From the human T2T-CHM13v2.0 reference genome, Homo sapiens, in NCBI RefSeq assembly GCF_009914755.1, contig NC_060945.1: DNA of 64,000 bases, one strand, 5' to 3'. Under the pieces are notes generated by a model. It worked only from the letters and a program-made list of their open reading frames with translations. It searched no databases and had not been told where the DNA came from. Position numbers and translations under genes: made by a program. Shown here one piece after another: positions 1-18,438 of this stretch (its first letter is position 1; each line of letters opens with the position of its first letter).

Positions 1-439
1 GTGTACTCACAAACTTTCATTAAATAGTAACCACACTTTATATGAATCTTTGCTCCTCACACAACAGCTGACTTTCACTGGATGCTCAGTACACATCTGT
101 AGAACAAACGACCCAAGAACAGGCCATAAAACAAATTCAGAGAATAATCAGGGGAAATCTAGTGATCTGAAACTCAAGTCAAAAACTCAGAAAATATGAT
201 GGCCAGGAAGAAGTCAATCGTTGTCTAAAATTATTTGGAAATAACTGATTGTGTAGTAATCCAGTTTTCTTTAACTGCAGATGCCTCAGATGATCTGATT
301 GTTTGGTATTTAGTGGGCCTCAGTATGTTTCATGTATCATGAAAGGCAGGGAGAGGGACTTTTCTCAACCTCAAGGGTACAGCAACTGTGCAGTGAGGAC
401 TAGGGTGAAGTATGAGAACAAAAACAAAAGCAATTATAA

Positions 440-1000
440 TTACAGGCATTTATTGAGCTTCTCCTAAGTGTCATGTAGGTACAATGTACTATCCATTTTA
501 GCTTATTCAATCCTCAAAACAATCCTGTGAAAATAACAAGAGTACATAGCTACTAAGTCACAATGGAAAAGTGTGTTCTTGTCCCAACTCTTCACTCCCT
601 TTCCTGCAGGAGGCCATATGTCTATACACGCTGTGTGCAGAAGGAGTCTACTTCCCTGCTTCATTGACATCAGGCTTGGCCATGTTCCTGACTCAGGCCA
701 ATAGCATGTGAGTGGACATGACATCGGCAAATCCGAGCAGAAGTTTTAGTCATTGTAGGTTCCCAAAAGATGAGGGTAAAATGGCATGTCCCAGAGAAGG
801 CTGTCTTTAAAGTGGTTCCCAGAATTTGCACACTTGTGGCCAACAGTCAGTCCAACACGTAATGTGAGCACAAAATAAATCTTTGTTGTCATTGATCACA
901 GAGACTATAGGGGTGACTGGCACTACACAAAGCTTAGCAAAAGTAGTGGTAGAATTCACACCCAGAGCCTGCACTTTTATCCATGTTACTATGCTGCCTC
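440..1000. mobile_element. MIR split by an MLT1-type (MaLR) LTR (~550-930)
   Basis: MIR-like catttattgagc...aatcctcaaaacaatcctgtg and gtggtagaattcacaccc flank an MLT1-like segment (cttggccatgt...ggccaatagcatgtgagtgga; aaataaatctttgttg). Confidence 0.6.
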
Positions 1001-1084
1001 ACTAAGCATACATGCACTATTATGAGACAAGGTTCTAAATCTATGTAGGCAGGTTCTGCTGTCTCTGTCTTGCAAGTTGGAATC

Positions 1085-1245
1085 AGTCAGCTACTCAAAG
1101 TATGGTCCATGGACCAGAAACAGTATGAGTAATACTTGACAGCTGGTTAGAAATGCAGAATCTCAGCTCCCACCCAAGAATCTGCATTTTAATAAAATTC
1201 CCAGGAATGAATGTCACAATAAAATATGATAAATGCTGATTTAAC
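1085..1245. mobile_element. MER5-type hAT-Charlie DNA transposon
   Basis: ctactcaaagtatggtccatggaccag...gttagaaatgcagaatctcag...atctgcattttaat matches the MER5 pattern. Confidence 0.75.
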
Positions 1246-4200
1246 ACATGGTCATGGACGCATATGCTTCATGAATAATCAAGATCAAAGAGCTATGAAT
1301 TAGAAATGAAAAAAAGCATCCACTTCCAATTCTATTTTCCAGATTGGAAAGACAAGAGTATCCACTTATTTTCCTTGTCTCTTGGAGATCAGAGGGGTAG
1401 AAACAATGTGTTGTAACTACAATGGTTTACTGTAAAACATTCTAGGACTTGCTCTAGTCACTAAATATCACCCTTTGATAGAGCAGCTTACACCTCATTG
1501 CTAGTCACGCCGACCTCTTGTTCACAATCCAATAGCATGTTCATTGAACAAATAAACATTAGGGCCTATTTGTCTTCATTAAGGACTGTATGCTTGTAGG
1601 GGAAAAAATGACACATTGTGCTTATCTTGACTTCCCTGTTCCAAGATCCCATTATTGTCTTATCACCCTTTTGATGAGTGACATTGACCATTAACCATAT
1701 CAGTAAACATCACAGCTTCCTAAACACAAGTTCTCATCATAATTAAGGGAGGAATATAACACTTATGGATGCTGCTTAGCCGGTAATTCAATGTCATGGT
1801 CTCTTCTCCACACTGTTGCGAAACCCAGTAGCAGTGAACCAGAACATCCAAGAAGTAATGGAAATGAATAATGATATTTCAAGATGGTGGATGATGTAGG
1901 TAGAACAACCACTTGTGCATTTGAGACACATTCTCCCCAGTGAACACTAAGGTTTTTGACAGGCTGGTTTATGAATAAATTCATGACATGAGACATTTCC
2001 AAAATGTCTGTTAAGAACTGCTTCAAAATGAAGTCATCAAAATTACTGCAAAATGTACATTTTAAATGCAAACAGCCAGGGGAAAGAGTGTACTTGTTAT
2101 GTAGAATTCATTATCTTTATTTCGGAGTGCAGCCCTATAAACATTTGTTTGGGATTGCTTTTATGCAATTGTTTGGAACATAAGCAGAGAAAGAGCTGAA
2201 TGGAGACATTCCAGAAACCCAGAGCTTATTCAGCTTCTTTTTTCTCTACCTTGATAGAAAGAAATCATTTTTTTCTTCAAATTTAATACAATTGTAAGGA
2301 TCTGGTGTTTTCTAATTTATCAGTTTATGTTGTTAATAGTGGGGACATTACCAAAATATGAAAAATGGAAACCATGTACTAAGAATTTTATCTTGTCATC
2401 TGGGACAAAAAAAAAAAGATCCTTCATTAGATGCACATTACTTTTTTTAGGTATTTAACTCACAATGTAAGTATGTGCATATTTACAGAAGATAGTAATA
2501 CTATCCTTATGTTTGTAATTGAATTCAGCCTGGAGCCGCTTTAAGATGAATCAGACTATCAAGTTAGCCAGCAGATTTAGGGTCAAAAATATACTAAGTG
2601 GGAAAAAATGTTCTTAATACAGAATAAGCTAAGTGGTTAGTTAAGGACTAAAAACACCACTGCTCCACCACGAAGAAGGAAATATGCATTTGATCTAAAA
2701 GAAGAAAAGAGTTAAAATCCAGTATACCATCAAGACAAAAGAAAACCTATCTGTAAAAAAAAAGAGAATACAAATCATCACAGACACACCCTAAATGAAA
2801 ATGCCAAGTAGTTTCGATTGCATGAAATTTATTAATGCTTATATATCAATAAAGCTCACCATAAACAAAATTAAAAGGCAAATAATGACCTTTGAAGATT
2901 ATACATACCTTTTAAAAATTAATAAGCCTAGCATTTATAAAAGCTTGCAAACCTATTTTTCAAATAACACACCAAAAAAGAAATGAGCAAAGCACATGAA
3001 TTGGCAATAATAATATTTCAGGAATGACCTGAATCTACAGTAGAGGATCAGCTAATAGTAGCAGATACATACGATAAACTAGGATGTTGTCATTATAAGT
3101 GTAATATGGAAGAACGTCTACTGATGTGAAGAAAATGTTCATGAAGCAGTAAAAAAAGAATAAAACAATCACCTAATTGTAAATGTTTAATAAAAGACAT
3201 ACCAGACTGTTAGCAGTATCTCTCTACATTGTAGAACTACAAGAGTTGCTTTTTTGTGTGTTTCAAGTGTTTTACAAACTTCACCCATTCAGTATATATT
3301 GCTCTTCAATTAAAAATAAAATAAAGGTCATACAAAATTAAAGAGATTAAAATTAGAACAATTTAGATAAACAAATTTACCATAAAAACAGGAAAATTCC
3401 ATTCCCAATGCTATAAAACTATAGCCTAAGCCATTAAAATGTTTTACTTCTAAAATTAAGCTACTGACTTTTGGAAAAATGTTATTACCCTATAAAGACA
3501 TTTTTAGATATCCACAGTTAAGTTTGTAGGCAAAGGATGGTATTGAGGTGTGTAAAGAGAAAGCTTGGACCAAAAAGAAAATTTTATTTTTTTAATTGAG
3601 AGCCTGTGTTTGTAAGTAACATCAGTGATTCCCTTACCAAAATACCTGTTTTACTCTGGGAGTGAAATGAGTTAAAAGAACTAGACTGCTGGGGCTTTGG
3701 GGTAGGTGATGCTTCCTCTCTAATTTGAATCTATATTGCCAATAGGTAAATTGAGAGCTAACACATTAACTCAAATTTATTGCTGACATTACCTTCCCTA
3801 TGCAGGAAAATCAATAATGAATATACATTGGAATAGCTGATTGGTGAAACTCAGAGAAAAAAAACTCAAAGTAAATTATTCTACAGTATTAGATTCTTAT
3901 TGCCACTATAACAAATTACCCCAAGTTTGGTGGCTTTAAACAATGCAGATTTATTCTCTTACAATTCTGGAGGACAGAAGTCCAAGTTCAATTTCACAGA
4001 ACTAAACTCAAGATATAAACTGGGCTGCACTCCCTTTGAAGGAACATGGGGAATATCTGATTTCCCTTTTTCAGCTTGTAAAGCTTTTCCAGCTCATAAA
4101 GTCTTTTTCAGCTTGTAAAGACCTCTTGAATTCCTTGGCTTATGAGAGACACATCATTCCAACCTCTTATTCCATCATCACATCTTTTACTATCCTTCTG

Positions 4201-4356
4201 ATCTCCTGCCTTTCTCTTTTAAAGATTCTTGTGATTACATTAGGCTTAATAGTTAATCCAAAATAATCTTCTAATCTCAAGAGCCTAAATTTAAATACAT
4301 CTGCAAAATTCCTTTAGCCATATAAGGTAGCATCTACAGGTTTTGGAGACAGTACA

Positions 4357-7363
<3,007 letters not shown>

Positions 7364-8989
7364 AGACATGGATATCCTGGGGAAGTGACAGCATTACGCA
7401 GCTGACCACACCTCACAACTAGACAGACAAGGTACCACTAACAGAATTCCTTTCCTTATGGCAGCACTTTGGTCTGTTTTTGCTGATATTTTACAATGAT
7501 GAAAATCTGTTATTCTCTTTGGAAGTACTAAATTTAGGGTAAGTCAGAGAAGTCAGTTTCTAAGAGGAAAATAATACTCATTCCTAAATTTCTTGCCCCT
7601 AAATTTCTTTCCTCAAGTCTCCAATAAGTGCTGCACAGCTGAAATCTCATATGTTTTTCAAAATAATTATGGAACATCTGCCATATGGTAGATACAGATG
7701 TGATCACTGGCTTTTGCTTTACAAATGCAAATGATGCCTTTGACGTTCTCATTGCCTCTGTTTGCCAAGAAGGCAGTGAAATGATGAGAACTCCACTCTG
7801 TCACGTGAGCACACATATGCTACCCCATTACCCACCACAAGTCTGAGAAAACACCCAGGGAAGGACCACTAAAGCCACCTATAGGAGTGACTCAAATTCT
7901 GTTAAAGCAAAACACAAAATGTTCATGAAAGTGAAAGAGCCATGATAGGTCTGATCAATCGTGTGATGTTTTAGTGCTGCAACACCCTCTAGTCACTGAT
8001 CTCGGGCCCCCAGACTCCCCCTTCTCTTTCGTCTCTCAGGTTAATGATTTAGAAAGGTGACATATGTGTGATTCTATTATTGTTAAACCTTGTAGTTGGT
8101 TGGTGAGTTAGGAATTACTAGAATCTACAGACTTTAGTATATATAGAATATACTGGCATTTATGTATAGAATCTGTGGGTAATGAACTCCAACTTGGATA
8201 GATCAGACAGGAAGGAAAAGAGGAAGGGAAGAATGGGGAAAAAAAAAACACCTTTATACCTGTGTCTGGACCGTTGAGTGTTGTTGGGGAAAATCCCACA
8301 GCTGGGAAGATTTGTGTCACAATAAATTTGCCGTCACCAGCCTAAATGGTCCTTCAGTGTCTCTAAGGAGCATCCCCTCTCCTGCTCTACAAAATGACCA
8401 TTTCTCCTTCTCTAACCTACTCAAGCCTCAGACTCTTTACTCTCAGGACCCAGTCTTCTCTTCTGCTTAATAAAGAAAGGGGGGAAATAGCTAAAAATCC
8501 TTTAAACCACCCCTCCATCAGCACCAAGTGTAAACACTCCAGGGACCAATCCACTCTTCCCTCACTTAGGTTAGAATGGAGACAGTGACCTGTGCAGTAC
8601 AAGGCCACTCCCCAAGTCCTGTCCACAGGGATAGGGGAGGCTTCCTGGAGCTCTGAATGTGGATGTGGCCTTGCTGATGGAGTGTGGTTCAGAATCAGGG
8701 GAGCACAGAGTCCATGCACCTTCCTTTAAATTGAAGCACAGAAGGTTGTTTTTCCAGAGGATCACAGAAATTCAAAATGCACGCTCTGCAGGATGCTTTG
8801 GTTGCCTTCCGCATTCCAACCTTTCCCTGATGATTATCCTGTTCCTCCTGGACCCTTGTTCTTTCCATTGCCATTGCCTCTCCACTGACTCTGGTCATCA
8901 TTTAGGTAGGCTCAAGTCCTCCTTTCCCAGCAGGGCTCTCTCTGCTCCTACCACCCTCTGCCTGCTAGCCCCTATCTCCCCTCCCCGTT

Positions 8990-9725
8990 CCCAGCACACC
9001 TTCCTGGAGAAGATGAGAGCCCCCACGGTTTCATTTTCTCATTTCTCAGCCACTTTGCAACTCACCCTAACCTGCCTCCTGCCCTGCCCACTTGGTTTTC
9101 GACTACTTATCTGTTCCTTCTCAGTCTTCTTTACTCAGTCATCTGTCTCTGCACAATCCTGAAATGTTGACATTTTTATGGATTCTGTCCTAGGCCTTCT
9201 GTATCTGTTCATGCTACCTGTGCTCTTTAGAGACCTCTACTATATCCATTGCTAAATTCCCATCTATAAGTCAACATTCCCCTCCATCTAGGACTATCTA
9301 CTGAGCTCCAGACTTAACTTCCCGCTGCTACATTGTACCCCACCCAATTGTATTCAGAGGTGTTTCAAGCTGACCATGATCACACCTGCACTTAAGCTTT
9401 CTCCTTCCCCACCCCCATAATTGGTCTAATGCTAATGTTTCCTAAATCAGTGAAAGGCACGTCCACTCAGCTGTCTGAACGAGACTCTTCTAATATTCTT
9501 GAATTAGCTCACTTCCCCCCAACTCCTAGGGAGCTGTCATGACCTCCCAAATGGCCTTCTAGAATCCACCCTTGCTCCTCTCAAATCCACCCTCCAGTCT
9601 GCTACTTCTCTTCTTATAATAATCTGATCACACAGATGACTGCCCAGTGACTTCCAAGTAAACCTTAATCTTAATATGAGCCAAGTATCTCTTAAAATCT
9701 GGCCACTGCCAACTTTCCTAGCTCT
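8990..9725 (+). mobile_element. L2 fragment(s)
   Basis: tctgtcctaggcc...gagctccagact...aatctgatcac...ccactgcc: degenerate L2 3' region motifs. Confidence 0.55.
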
Positions 9726-9739
9726 CTCTTGTATGTCTA

Positions 9740-10530
<791 letters not shown>

Positions 10531-11119
10531 CCCTGCCTGCTACACCTCAGCCCTGCTGGGCTCTTCTCAGATCCTTCAGCACATCATGATTTACTATCCC
10601 TGGAAGCCTTCTCACTATGAGGCTGGCCCTTCTTTCCTGCCTGGCCCACAAGCTAGATTAAGTCCCCACTGTGGCCTTCCAAGGTGCATTCTACTTTGCT
10701 GTTGATATGCTGCAGAATGCTGCCATTATTGACGTGATTGCTTTACTGTCAGCTCCACCAAGTGGGGAGTCAGATCTGTGGTGCCCCGATTCTCCCAGTG
10801 CCTGGCACCCTGAAGATGCAAAAAAAAGTGTGTTGACCAATAAGCTCATTTCTGTGAGTTTACCTGACAGAGATCTGATGATATTTTAAAGTTCCAGTCT
10901 AGCTCTTGCAATACAAATATAGAGTTGCTACACAAGCGTCTTTGAATGACCTTGGGTAAAAAGTCACATAATTTATTTCCAAATCCTAGAGGTACTCAAA
11001 ATCCACCCTTCATTTTGACAATTATGAGGTCTGAAAAAATTGTGAATGCTACAATATGTACAAATACATTCAAGGGCTGTGTTTCTATTAGTTTCATCAC
11101 CCTAAGAAATTAGTGTTTC

Positions 11120-11596
11120 CGTATGTTTATTGCGGCACTGTTCACAATAGCAAATACTTGGAACCAACCCAAATGCCCATCAGTGATAGACTGGATAAAG
11201 AAAATGTGGCACATATACACCATGGAATACTATGCAGCCATATAAAACGATGAGTTCATGTCCTTTGCAGGGACATGGATGAAGCTGGAAACCATCATTC
11301 TCAGTAAACTAACACAAGAACAGAAAACCAAACACCACATATTCTCACTCACAGGTGGCAGTTGAACAATGAGAACACATGGACATGGGGAGGGGAACAT
11401 CACACACCAGGGCCTATCGGGGGTGAGGGGCTAGGGGAGGGAAAACATTAGGAGAAATACCTAACGTAGATGATGGGTTGATGGGTGCAGCAAACCACCA
11501 TAGCATGTGTATACCTATGTAACAAATCTGCACGTTCTGCACATGTATCCCAGAACTTAAAGTATAATGAATCAATCAATCAATCAATCAATCAAT
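11120..11596 (+). mobile_element. 5'-truncated L1PA (PA6/7-like) 3' end with (AATC)n tail
   Basis: Canonical L1PA end of ORF2 and 3' UTR through cccagaacttaaagtataat; approximate TSD aat(t/a)agtgtttc. Confidence 0.92.
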
Positions 11597-12389
11597 AAGT
11601 GTTTCATAGGAGAAACGTAATATAAGGAAAAACATAAATATTTTATTAGGGGTTTATTATTATTGAACTCTGTTGCTGGCTGACCACGTAACCATATAGT
11701 GTCCAAATTCCATTTCTGTAAGGAAAACATCTATGTCCTTAAACTTGGGATCCACACATGGCTTCTCACACCTGCATCCTTCCAGGTCAGCCTCTTGAGG
11801 CTTTGGATGGACACTAAGGAACCAGTTCCTATGCCTGGACTTTTGATTACCCCTTAACTTCCATCAGCCAAATTGCAGGTTCATGGTCCTCCTGCCTTCG
11901 CAGGAGGTGGGGCGGGATGGGGGTGGAGGGCGAGGGGGAGGACAGGCTTCCTGTCCACTCCTCTTGGAAAGCTTCTATGCACTCCCTAGACCTGTTCCCT
12001 CCTGATCAGTGAGTGCAATACTCCCAGTTCTTCACCAACACACTAAGAAGGAAAAAGCCTTTATTCATTTATAGCAACTGACAATATAAAGACCCAAAGG
12101 TCATAACAAAATAAAAAGAAGCCATCTTTCAAGTGGGACAGAGAAGTAATAAAAGTGCAGTTAGAACCAGAGAGTGGTCAAGCTCTGGCAGGAGACAAGA
12201 GAAGAGAGAAAAAGGGAAGAGGGTTGGGAAGTGGTGAAAAGGGCCAAAAGCCTGAATTTCTATCCACCTTCTTCTCTTATCTGTCCGAGGGGTATTTTTA
12301 CATATTATAGCATGCTATTGTGAGGTATATTATAGTTCATGAACCACAGTGACTTTTAGCTCCATGTTCACTGTGTGGCTTTTGTTGTC

Positions 12390-12640
12390 TATAGTAGAAA
12401 CTGTGGTCTGCTGTCCAGATTCCTACTTCTGGGCCTAGGTACACATCTCCTCATCTGCTGAGTGTGTTGTTTGCAAAGAATTCAGAGCTGAGTCCTTCTA
12501 TGACCTCAATCAAAGACGCCTCCTCCCCAAAGACATCACTCATCCAATGACTGGTCAATGGGTGTTGCTGGAGCCCAACTCAATTTGGGACAAGTCTGAA
12601 TGACCATCCAGCTTCAATGTTCCTCAAAGGGTCAGCTATT
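12390..12640 (+). mobile_element. LTR16-family (ERVL) LTR fragment
   Basis: agctgagtcc...catccaatgactggtcaatg...tcaatttgggacaagtctgaa...ccatccagct. Confidence 0.65.
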
Positions 12641-12926
12641 AAAATTATTGAAGCAATGGGGGAATTCCACTGTCCTTGTATCAGTCAACATCTCTACTCA
12701 CCAGACCACAAGAAGACCAAGAGGCCCAAAAATGCCCACTGAAGATTGCTGACAACATACAGACCCAAAGGTCACAAAAAAATGAAAAGAAGCCATCTTG
12801 CAAGTAGAACAGAGAAGTGATAAAAGTGCAGCTAGAACCACAGAGTGGTCAAGCTCTGGCAGGAGATGAGGAGAGAGAGAAAGGTCTTTGAGATTCTAAG
12901 TAGGCCTTGGGTTAATACAACCATCA

Positions 12927-13226
<300 letters not shown>

Positions 13227-15071
13227 CCATTCTCATAAAGTTGAAGAAGACTTTGGAGATTACACATGGACCTGCTATTCAGTGTGGGCTGGAATTACCC
13301 CAAAGGCAAACGCCATTTGCAGATGAGCTGACACTCTCTGCTTTGTTAGGTGACATAACCCTCCTGGACCATCAGCTCCAGGCTCCTTAACCTGCGCCTA
13401 GCATCTAACTTCTACCCCAGAGACTATCCTACATGCTCACCACTGACCCATTCCCATGGTCAATCTGATTGTTCTTGAACAATCTTTGATGCCCCTCTTC
13501 ATTGGATTAGACCCTTGTCCTGACTGTTAGGGCAGGACAGGGGTCTCATCCAATGAGATGAGACCAGAGCATCCACCTAGCTCTGGCCTGTTGGGATTGA
13601 TAGCAGAAGTTCCAGGGTTCCCCAGGTCAGCACAGCCACCACCACGATAAAGGCAAGAGACAACAGCTGCCACCATGTCCCAGGACAGACTGGTAGCTCA
13701 TAAGACTGGACAAGGGGCCGTGTCTTGGTGTGAGTTCTCCAGAAGCAGATCCTAATTTGAGGAAAAGCCGATCTATAAAGAAAGTAGACAGAAGCTGTTG
13801 ACTGGGGGTGGGACTTCAAAGCAGGGATGGGAAGTGACTTCAAATAGGCATGAGAGATATTTTGGGGGTAGTTCTAAAAGGGCGATTGTTGTACAACTCT
13901 GTGAACTTGTTAAGAATCAGAGAATCATACAGTTAAAATAAGTGAATCCTACGTTATGTAAATTATCGCTCAATAAAGATGTTAAACATATAAGAATGCA
14001 TTTCAGAAGTAGGTAAGTGGCTAAGAAACTGAGCCTTGTAAACTGTCAGCCTAGACCCTGCCCTGCCTTGGACTGCAGTTGCTTCACTTGGATCTGGGTC
14101 CTCTAGGAGACGTCATGCTTCTGTCAACTGGCATTTTCATCTTTGTTATATTCATAGCAAGTCCCCTGCCTATGGTGATCATTTAACAATTATTTGCTGA
14201 ATTGAACTCTAGTGGGCAGGTGCATTTCCCAGGACATCAAAAAGATGCTTTAAAGAAAGGTTTAACAGAACGCTTCCTCCCAGATGGCCCTTGCACGTGA
14301 CTCACTCACAAGCACTAGGAAAAGGGCGATGACGTGGCTGTGAAAATGAGACAAGACATTTAGCTACAGATCCAGCAAGTCATCAGTCTTCAGGAGAAAA
14401 ATATTAGCAGTGCATTGCACGATTGCCTCCTGACTTCAGGCGAGATGGCAGTGTCGCTCCAGAAGGAACAGCCGTCCCCACCACCTGCTGCCCAGTAAGG
14501 CCAGAGGCAGCAGGCCCCTCTGTTGAAACTATGAGATTACAGCCCATGTGGCTGAACTTGCAGACAAAGAAGAGGGCTGGAGCTGCTTTTCCTTGTAGTC
14601 TAAATGTTACTGTGCATCTCCTTGTGGAACAACATTGATCAAACATAGCCTTCACCCTGATCCAAATCTGCGATTCACCCTCTCAGAAGTTCCTGAGGAG
14701 CTAGAACGTTGCACCCTCAGGTCTGTGCACAGGAAGGAGTGTGTGGTAATCTTCAGGGGGAAGAAAATTATCTTAGAAGAATGTAAATTGTTTCTACTCC
14801 AGAAATTTGCTGAAAAGGGGGAGAGAAGTCATGTAAAAAGAGATGAATTTATTAGAAGTTCTCCTTAACCCAGTAGGTCCCGAGTCTGTTCCTGGTGGGT
14901 AGTCTGGTAAACCAGGAACACAAGAAGGTTGGGTAGAGTGTTTAAGCTTTTGAGTCAGAGAGATCTGGGTTTGGATCCTGGCCCCATCAGTAATTAGCTG
15001 ACCCAGCTCCAACCTCCCTGGATTTCAGTTTTCTCGCTTGTCCAGCTGAGGTAATAATGAAAATTTTTGTA

Positions 15072-15365
15072 GCTGGATGTGGTGGCACATGCCTGTAGTC
15101 CCAGCTACCCAAGAGGCTAAGGCAGGAAGATTGCTTGAGCCTGAGAGCTCAAGACCAGTCTGGGAAACATAGCAAGACCCTATCTCTACAAAATAAAAAT
15201 TAAAAAACTATCCAGACATGGTGGTGTGTGACTGTACTCCCAGCTACTCAGGAGGCTGAGGATGGAGGATTGCTTGAGCCTTGGAGTTCAAGGCTGCAAT
15301 GAACCATGATAGTGCCACTGTACTCCAGCCTGGGGAACAGAGCAAGACCCTGTCTCTAAAAAAAA
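15072..15365 (+). mobile_element. AluJ inserted in a MIR (MIR ~14930-15060, resuming ~15385-15470)
   Basis: ggaggattgcttgagcc and ttcaaggctgca in the Alu; MIR core ctgggtttggatcctggcccc...ttcagttttctc. Confidence 0.85.
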
Positions 15366-17039
15366 TGCTATAGTTATAAAAATAATTTTTTTCACTTGGG
15401 GTCATTGTATGTTTGCAATGAGAGGCTACACCATGATGGGGACATTGTATAGGAGATACTCAGTGAAGGGCTATTGAAACCCCAGATAGGAATATTTCAT
15501 TCAGTTAAATTAATGGAGGCCCTGGCACAGACTGTCATTAAATAATATGGGAAGGCTCAGTGTGTCCCTAGTCAGGGTTTCTCACATCCTTTCCAGTGGG
15601 CTTCTGCCAGAGAAGACAGAGAGTCCAATGTCATCACTTTCATGCTACAGCGTGCAGAGTCAAGGAGCAAGAAACAGAGCCTCCATGTGATATTTAAATA
15701 CAAACAGACTTTTCGAGGGTGTTATATATTAGCCAGAACCCCCAAATTAGTATTTGTGGCTCTGCATTTCAAACATTAATTCAAATGATTGCTTCCTTTT
15801 TAAGCTTTTACCTGTTGAGATTAAATCCTGAATTGACTCAGTCAAGTACCTGATAACCTACCAAATACTTGATGCTTGTTGAATTTTAATTGATTTAATT
15901 ATTCTTACAAGTTCACCAACATGAATTCTGGAAAAGAAAGTGTGTTCTAAAGAGTTTTAACGTTCACCCATCAATGGGCGCACGTGGAGTCAGATTCTTT
16001 CCACCAGAAATTGGGAAGGGGGCCCTGGAGCAGCAGAACCAGGTGGTCCATGCTGGAGAAGCAGATAAAGGCAGTCTGCAAAGACAGAACAAAGGCTGAT
16101 GCAGACAGAAAGGAGAAATCCTCATGGGTAACCTGGAGGCTGAGAGAGCAGTTAACTCAGCTTTGGGTCACTTTCCAGGCCTAGCCTTTCTTTCTCATTT
16201 TGGTTTTTTGAGAAATCTTTATCTCCCACAGAACCTCTCTGTGGGCTGAGCCAGGCTGAGTAGATTGCGTTGAAGACCTATGGGGTCCCATATGGGATAG
16301 GCACCTGGGACCACTGGAAGTCAACTTTGGTGTCTGTTCCGGCCTTTCTCACTTCTTAGTGCCTTTAGGTTGTGATTCACTCTCACTATGTTCTCCAATT
16401 GAGGCATCCTTGCTTCAGCAAAAAGAGAATATTTCTTCTTCATCTCCCATCTTCCTGGTATTGGAGAGTAGAAGAGTTAGCTTACAAGGAGATAAACAAT
16501 AGATCAGGAAAAGGCATAGAGGTTTACAGGGAAAATACCAGTGAGTAAGTGAAGAGTGAAGTATTCTTTAGATGTGAGGAAACAGGTAAGGGAGAGCAGG
16601 AATATAACAGATATAACCAGAGAAACAGAATTGAATCAGAAAAATATAGCAAATCAACTGAGAGCCAGAAATCGTTACCATCTGACCTCATAAACTGCCA
16701 CATCTCAAATACCCAGTCTTAGCAAGAATATGTTCTCCCCTTCCATGCAGCAGGTACTCAGGTCAATGACAGCACCATCACACCAGTGTCTGAAGGAAGT
16801 CTTCCTAGATAACCCAGCACTTATATCTTCAGCTTGGGAGTCCATGCATTCTACTGTCACACTGTGCCCAGCACGCAGACAGTGACCCCTGAGCCACAGC
16901 TCTCATCAAGAAATCACACCATGGCTCCCAAGACACCTAAATTCCCTTCCATTACCTGTGCTCTCTTTTTGGATACATGTGAACCATGACTACCCACACT
17001 CTCACGGTATGGCTATTTGTGGGCCACAGAGGGAGAAGA

Positions 17040-17560
17040 TGGAACTTGGTTAGGATTACTAGCTTTAGAAGAAACCTTGAGAGTTCGAAGTGGATATGTC
17101 CAGACAATTGAACATATAGGTCTGAAGCTCAAAGTACAGTAGGAAATAGAAAGTTATGGGCACACATTTATCATTCTAGAAGATGATGTAGAATAAAGAT
17201 AGAGGAGAGCCTTGGTTTGAACTTTAAGGAATTCACTTAAAGGTCACGCACAACCCAGTTGATACAGAGACTAGAAAAATAAAAGAAGGAGGGAGAAAGT
17301 GGGAAGTTGGAAGCCAAAGCAAGAGATTGTTTCAGTAAAGAGATTGTGGTCACCAGTGTTGGAAACTGCTGTGAGGATTGAAAATTGCCTGCTAAATTCA
17401 ACAATACGTATGTCACTGGTGATCTTGGGGTAAATTGTTTTAGTGAAAGGAATGGCAGATGGAAATTCACCAGGTGTTGAGTGAGTATAGGCAGGGAGAT
17501 AAGTAAATGGGTTTCGACATGTCTTCAGAGAACTCTGGCTTTGAAATACGAGGAGAAATA
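17040..17560 (-). mobile_element. L2 fragment
   Basis: gtcactggtgatcttgggg...gttttagtg; gtggatatgtccagacaattg...ggtctgaagctca. Confidence 0.6.
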
Positions 17561-17797
17561 CAAAAAGCTCATGCGCATAAAAGTGCAGCCTAATATATCC
17601 TAAAGAGTATAATAGAGATGATGATTGATAACGGCACAAATGAAACACCATTTCATTCCATAAAAGGCTAGGGAAGAGTTGATTGGATTTGAACCCACAT
17701 CTCTCTGACCTAAAAACCATGGTTGGGCAAGAGAACCTATGAGACCACACATATGTTGATTAATCTAAATAACTGTGGTATATGAAGACAGGGGTAT

Positions 17798-18438
17798 TAT
17801 TTGGGTTTGATTTGTTCTTGTTTCTCTAGTTCCTTGAGGTCTGACATTAGATTGTCTATTTGGCACTTTCAGGCTTTGGGATGTCAGCATTTAATATTTA
17901 ATGCTGTGAACTTCCCTCTTAGCACTGCTTTTGCTGTATCTCAGTGGTTTTGGCAAGTTGTGTCACTATTATCATTCAGTTCAAAGAATTTTTAAATTTC
18001 CGTCTTGATTTCATTGTTAACCTAATGATTATTCAAGAGCAGATTATTTGATTTCCATATATTTGTATAGTTTTGAGGATTTCTTTCTTTCTTTCTTGTT
18101 TTTTTTTTTTTTTTGGTTGAGATGGAGTCTCGCTCTGTCACCCAGGCTGGAGTGCAGTGGCGCAATCTCAGCTTACTGCAACCTCTGCCTCCCCAGTTCA
18201 AGCAATTCTCTGCCTCAGCCTCCCGAGTAGCTGGGATTACAGGTTCCCGCCACCACACCCGGCTAATTTTTGTATTTTTAGTAGAGACAGGGTTTCACCA
18301 CCTTGGCCAGGCTGGTCTTGAACTCCTGACCTAGTGATCCACCCACCTCGGCCTCTCAAAGTGCTGGGATTACAGGTATGAGCCCCTGAGCACAGCCAGT
18401 TTTGACGGTTTCTTTTGGAGTTAATTTCCAGCTTTATG
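17798..18438 (-). mobile_element. Internal L1 (L1PB/L1MA-like) ORF2 fragment interrupted by an AluS (18086-18397, minus)
   Basis: tgtttctctagttccttgagg...aacttccctcttagcactgcttttgctgtatc; Alu TSD agttttga(gga/cgg)tttctt. Confidence 0.85.

Noticed and set aside
8010-8062. Plus-strand acceptor with a possible 17-nt microexon
   Set aside because: Antisense to DSCAM, weak donor (gtgaca), and no supporting context.
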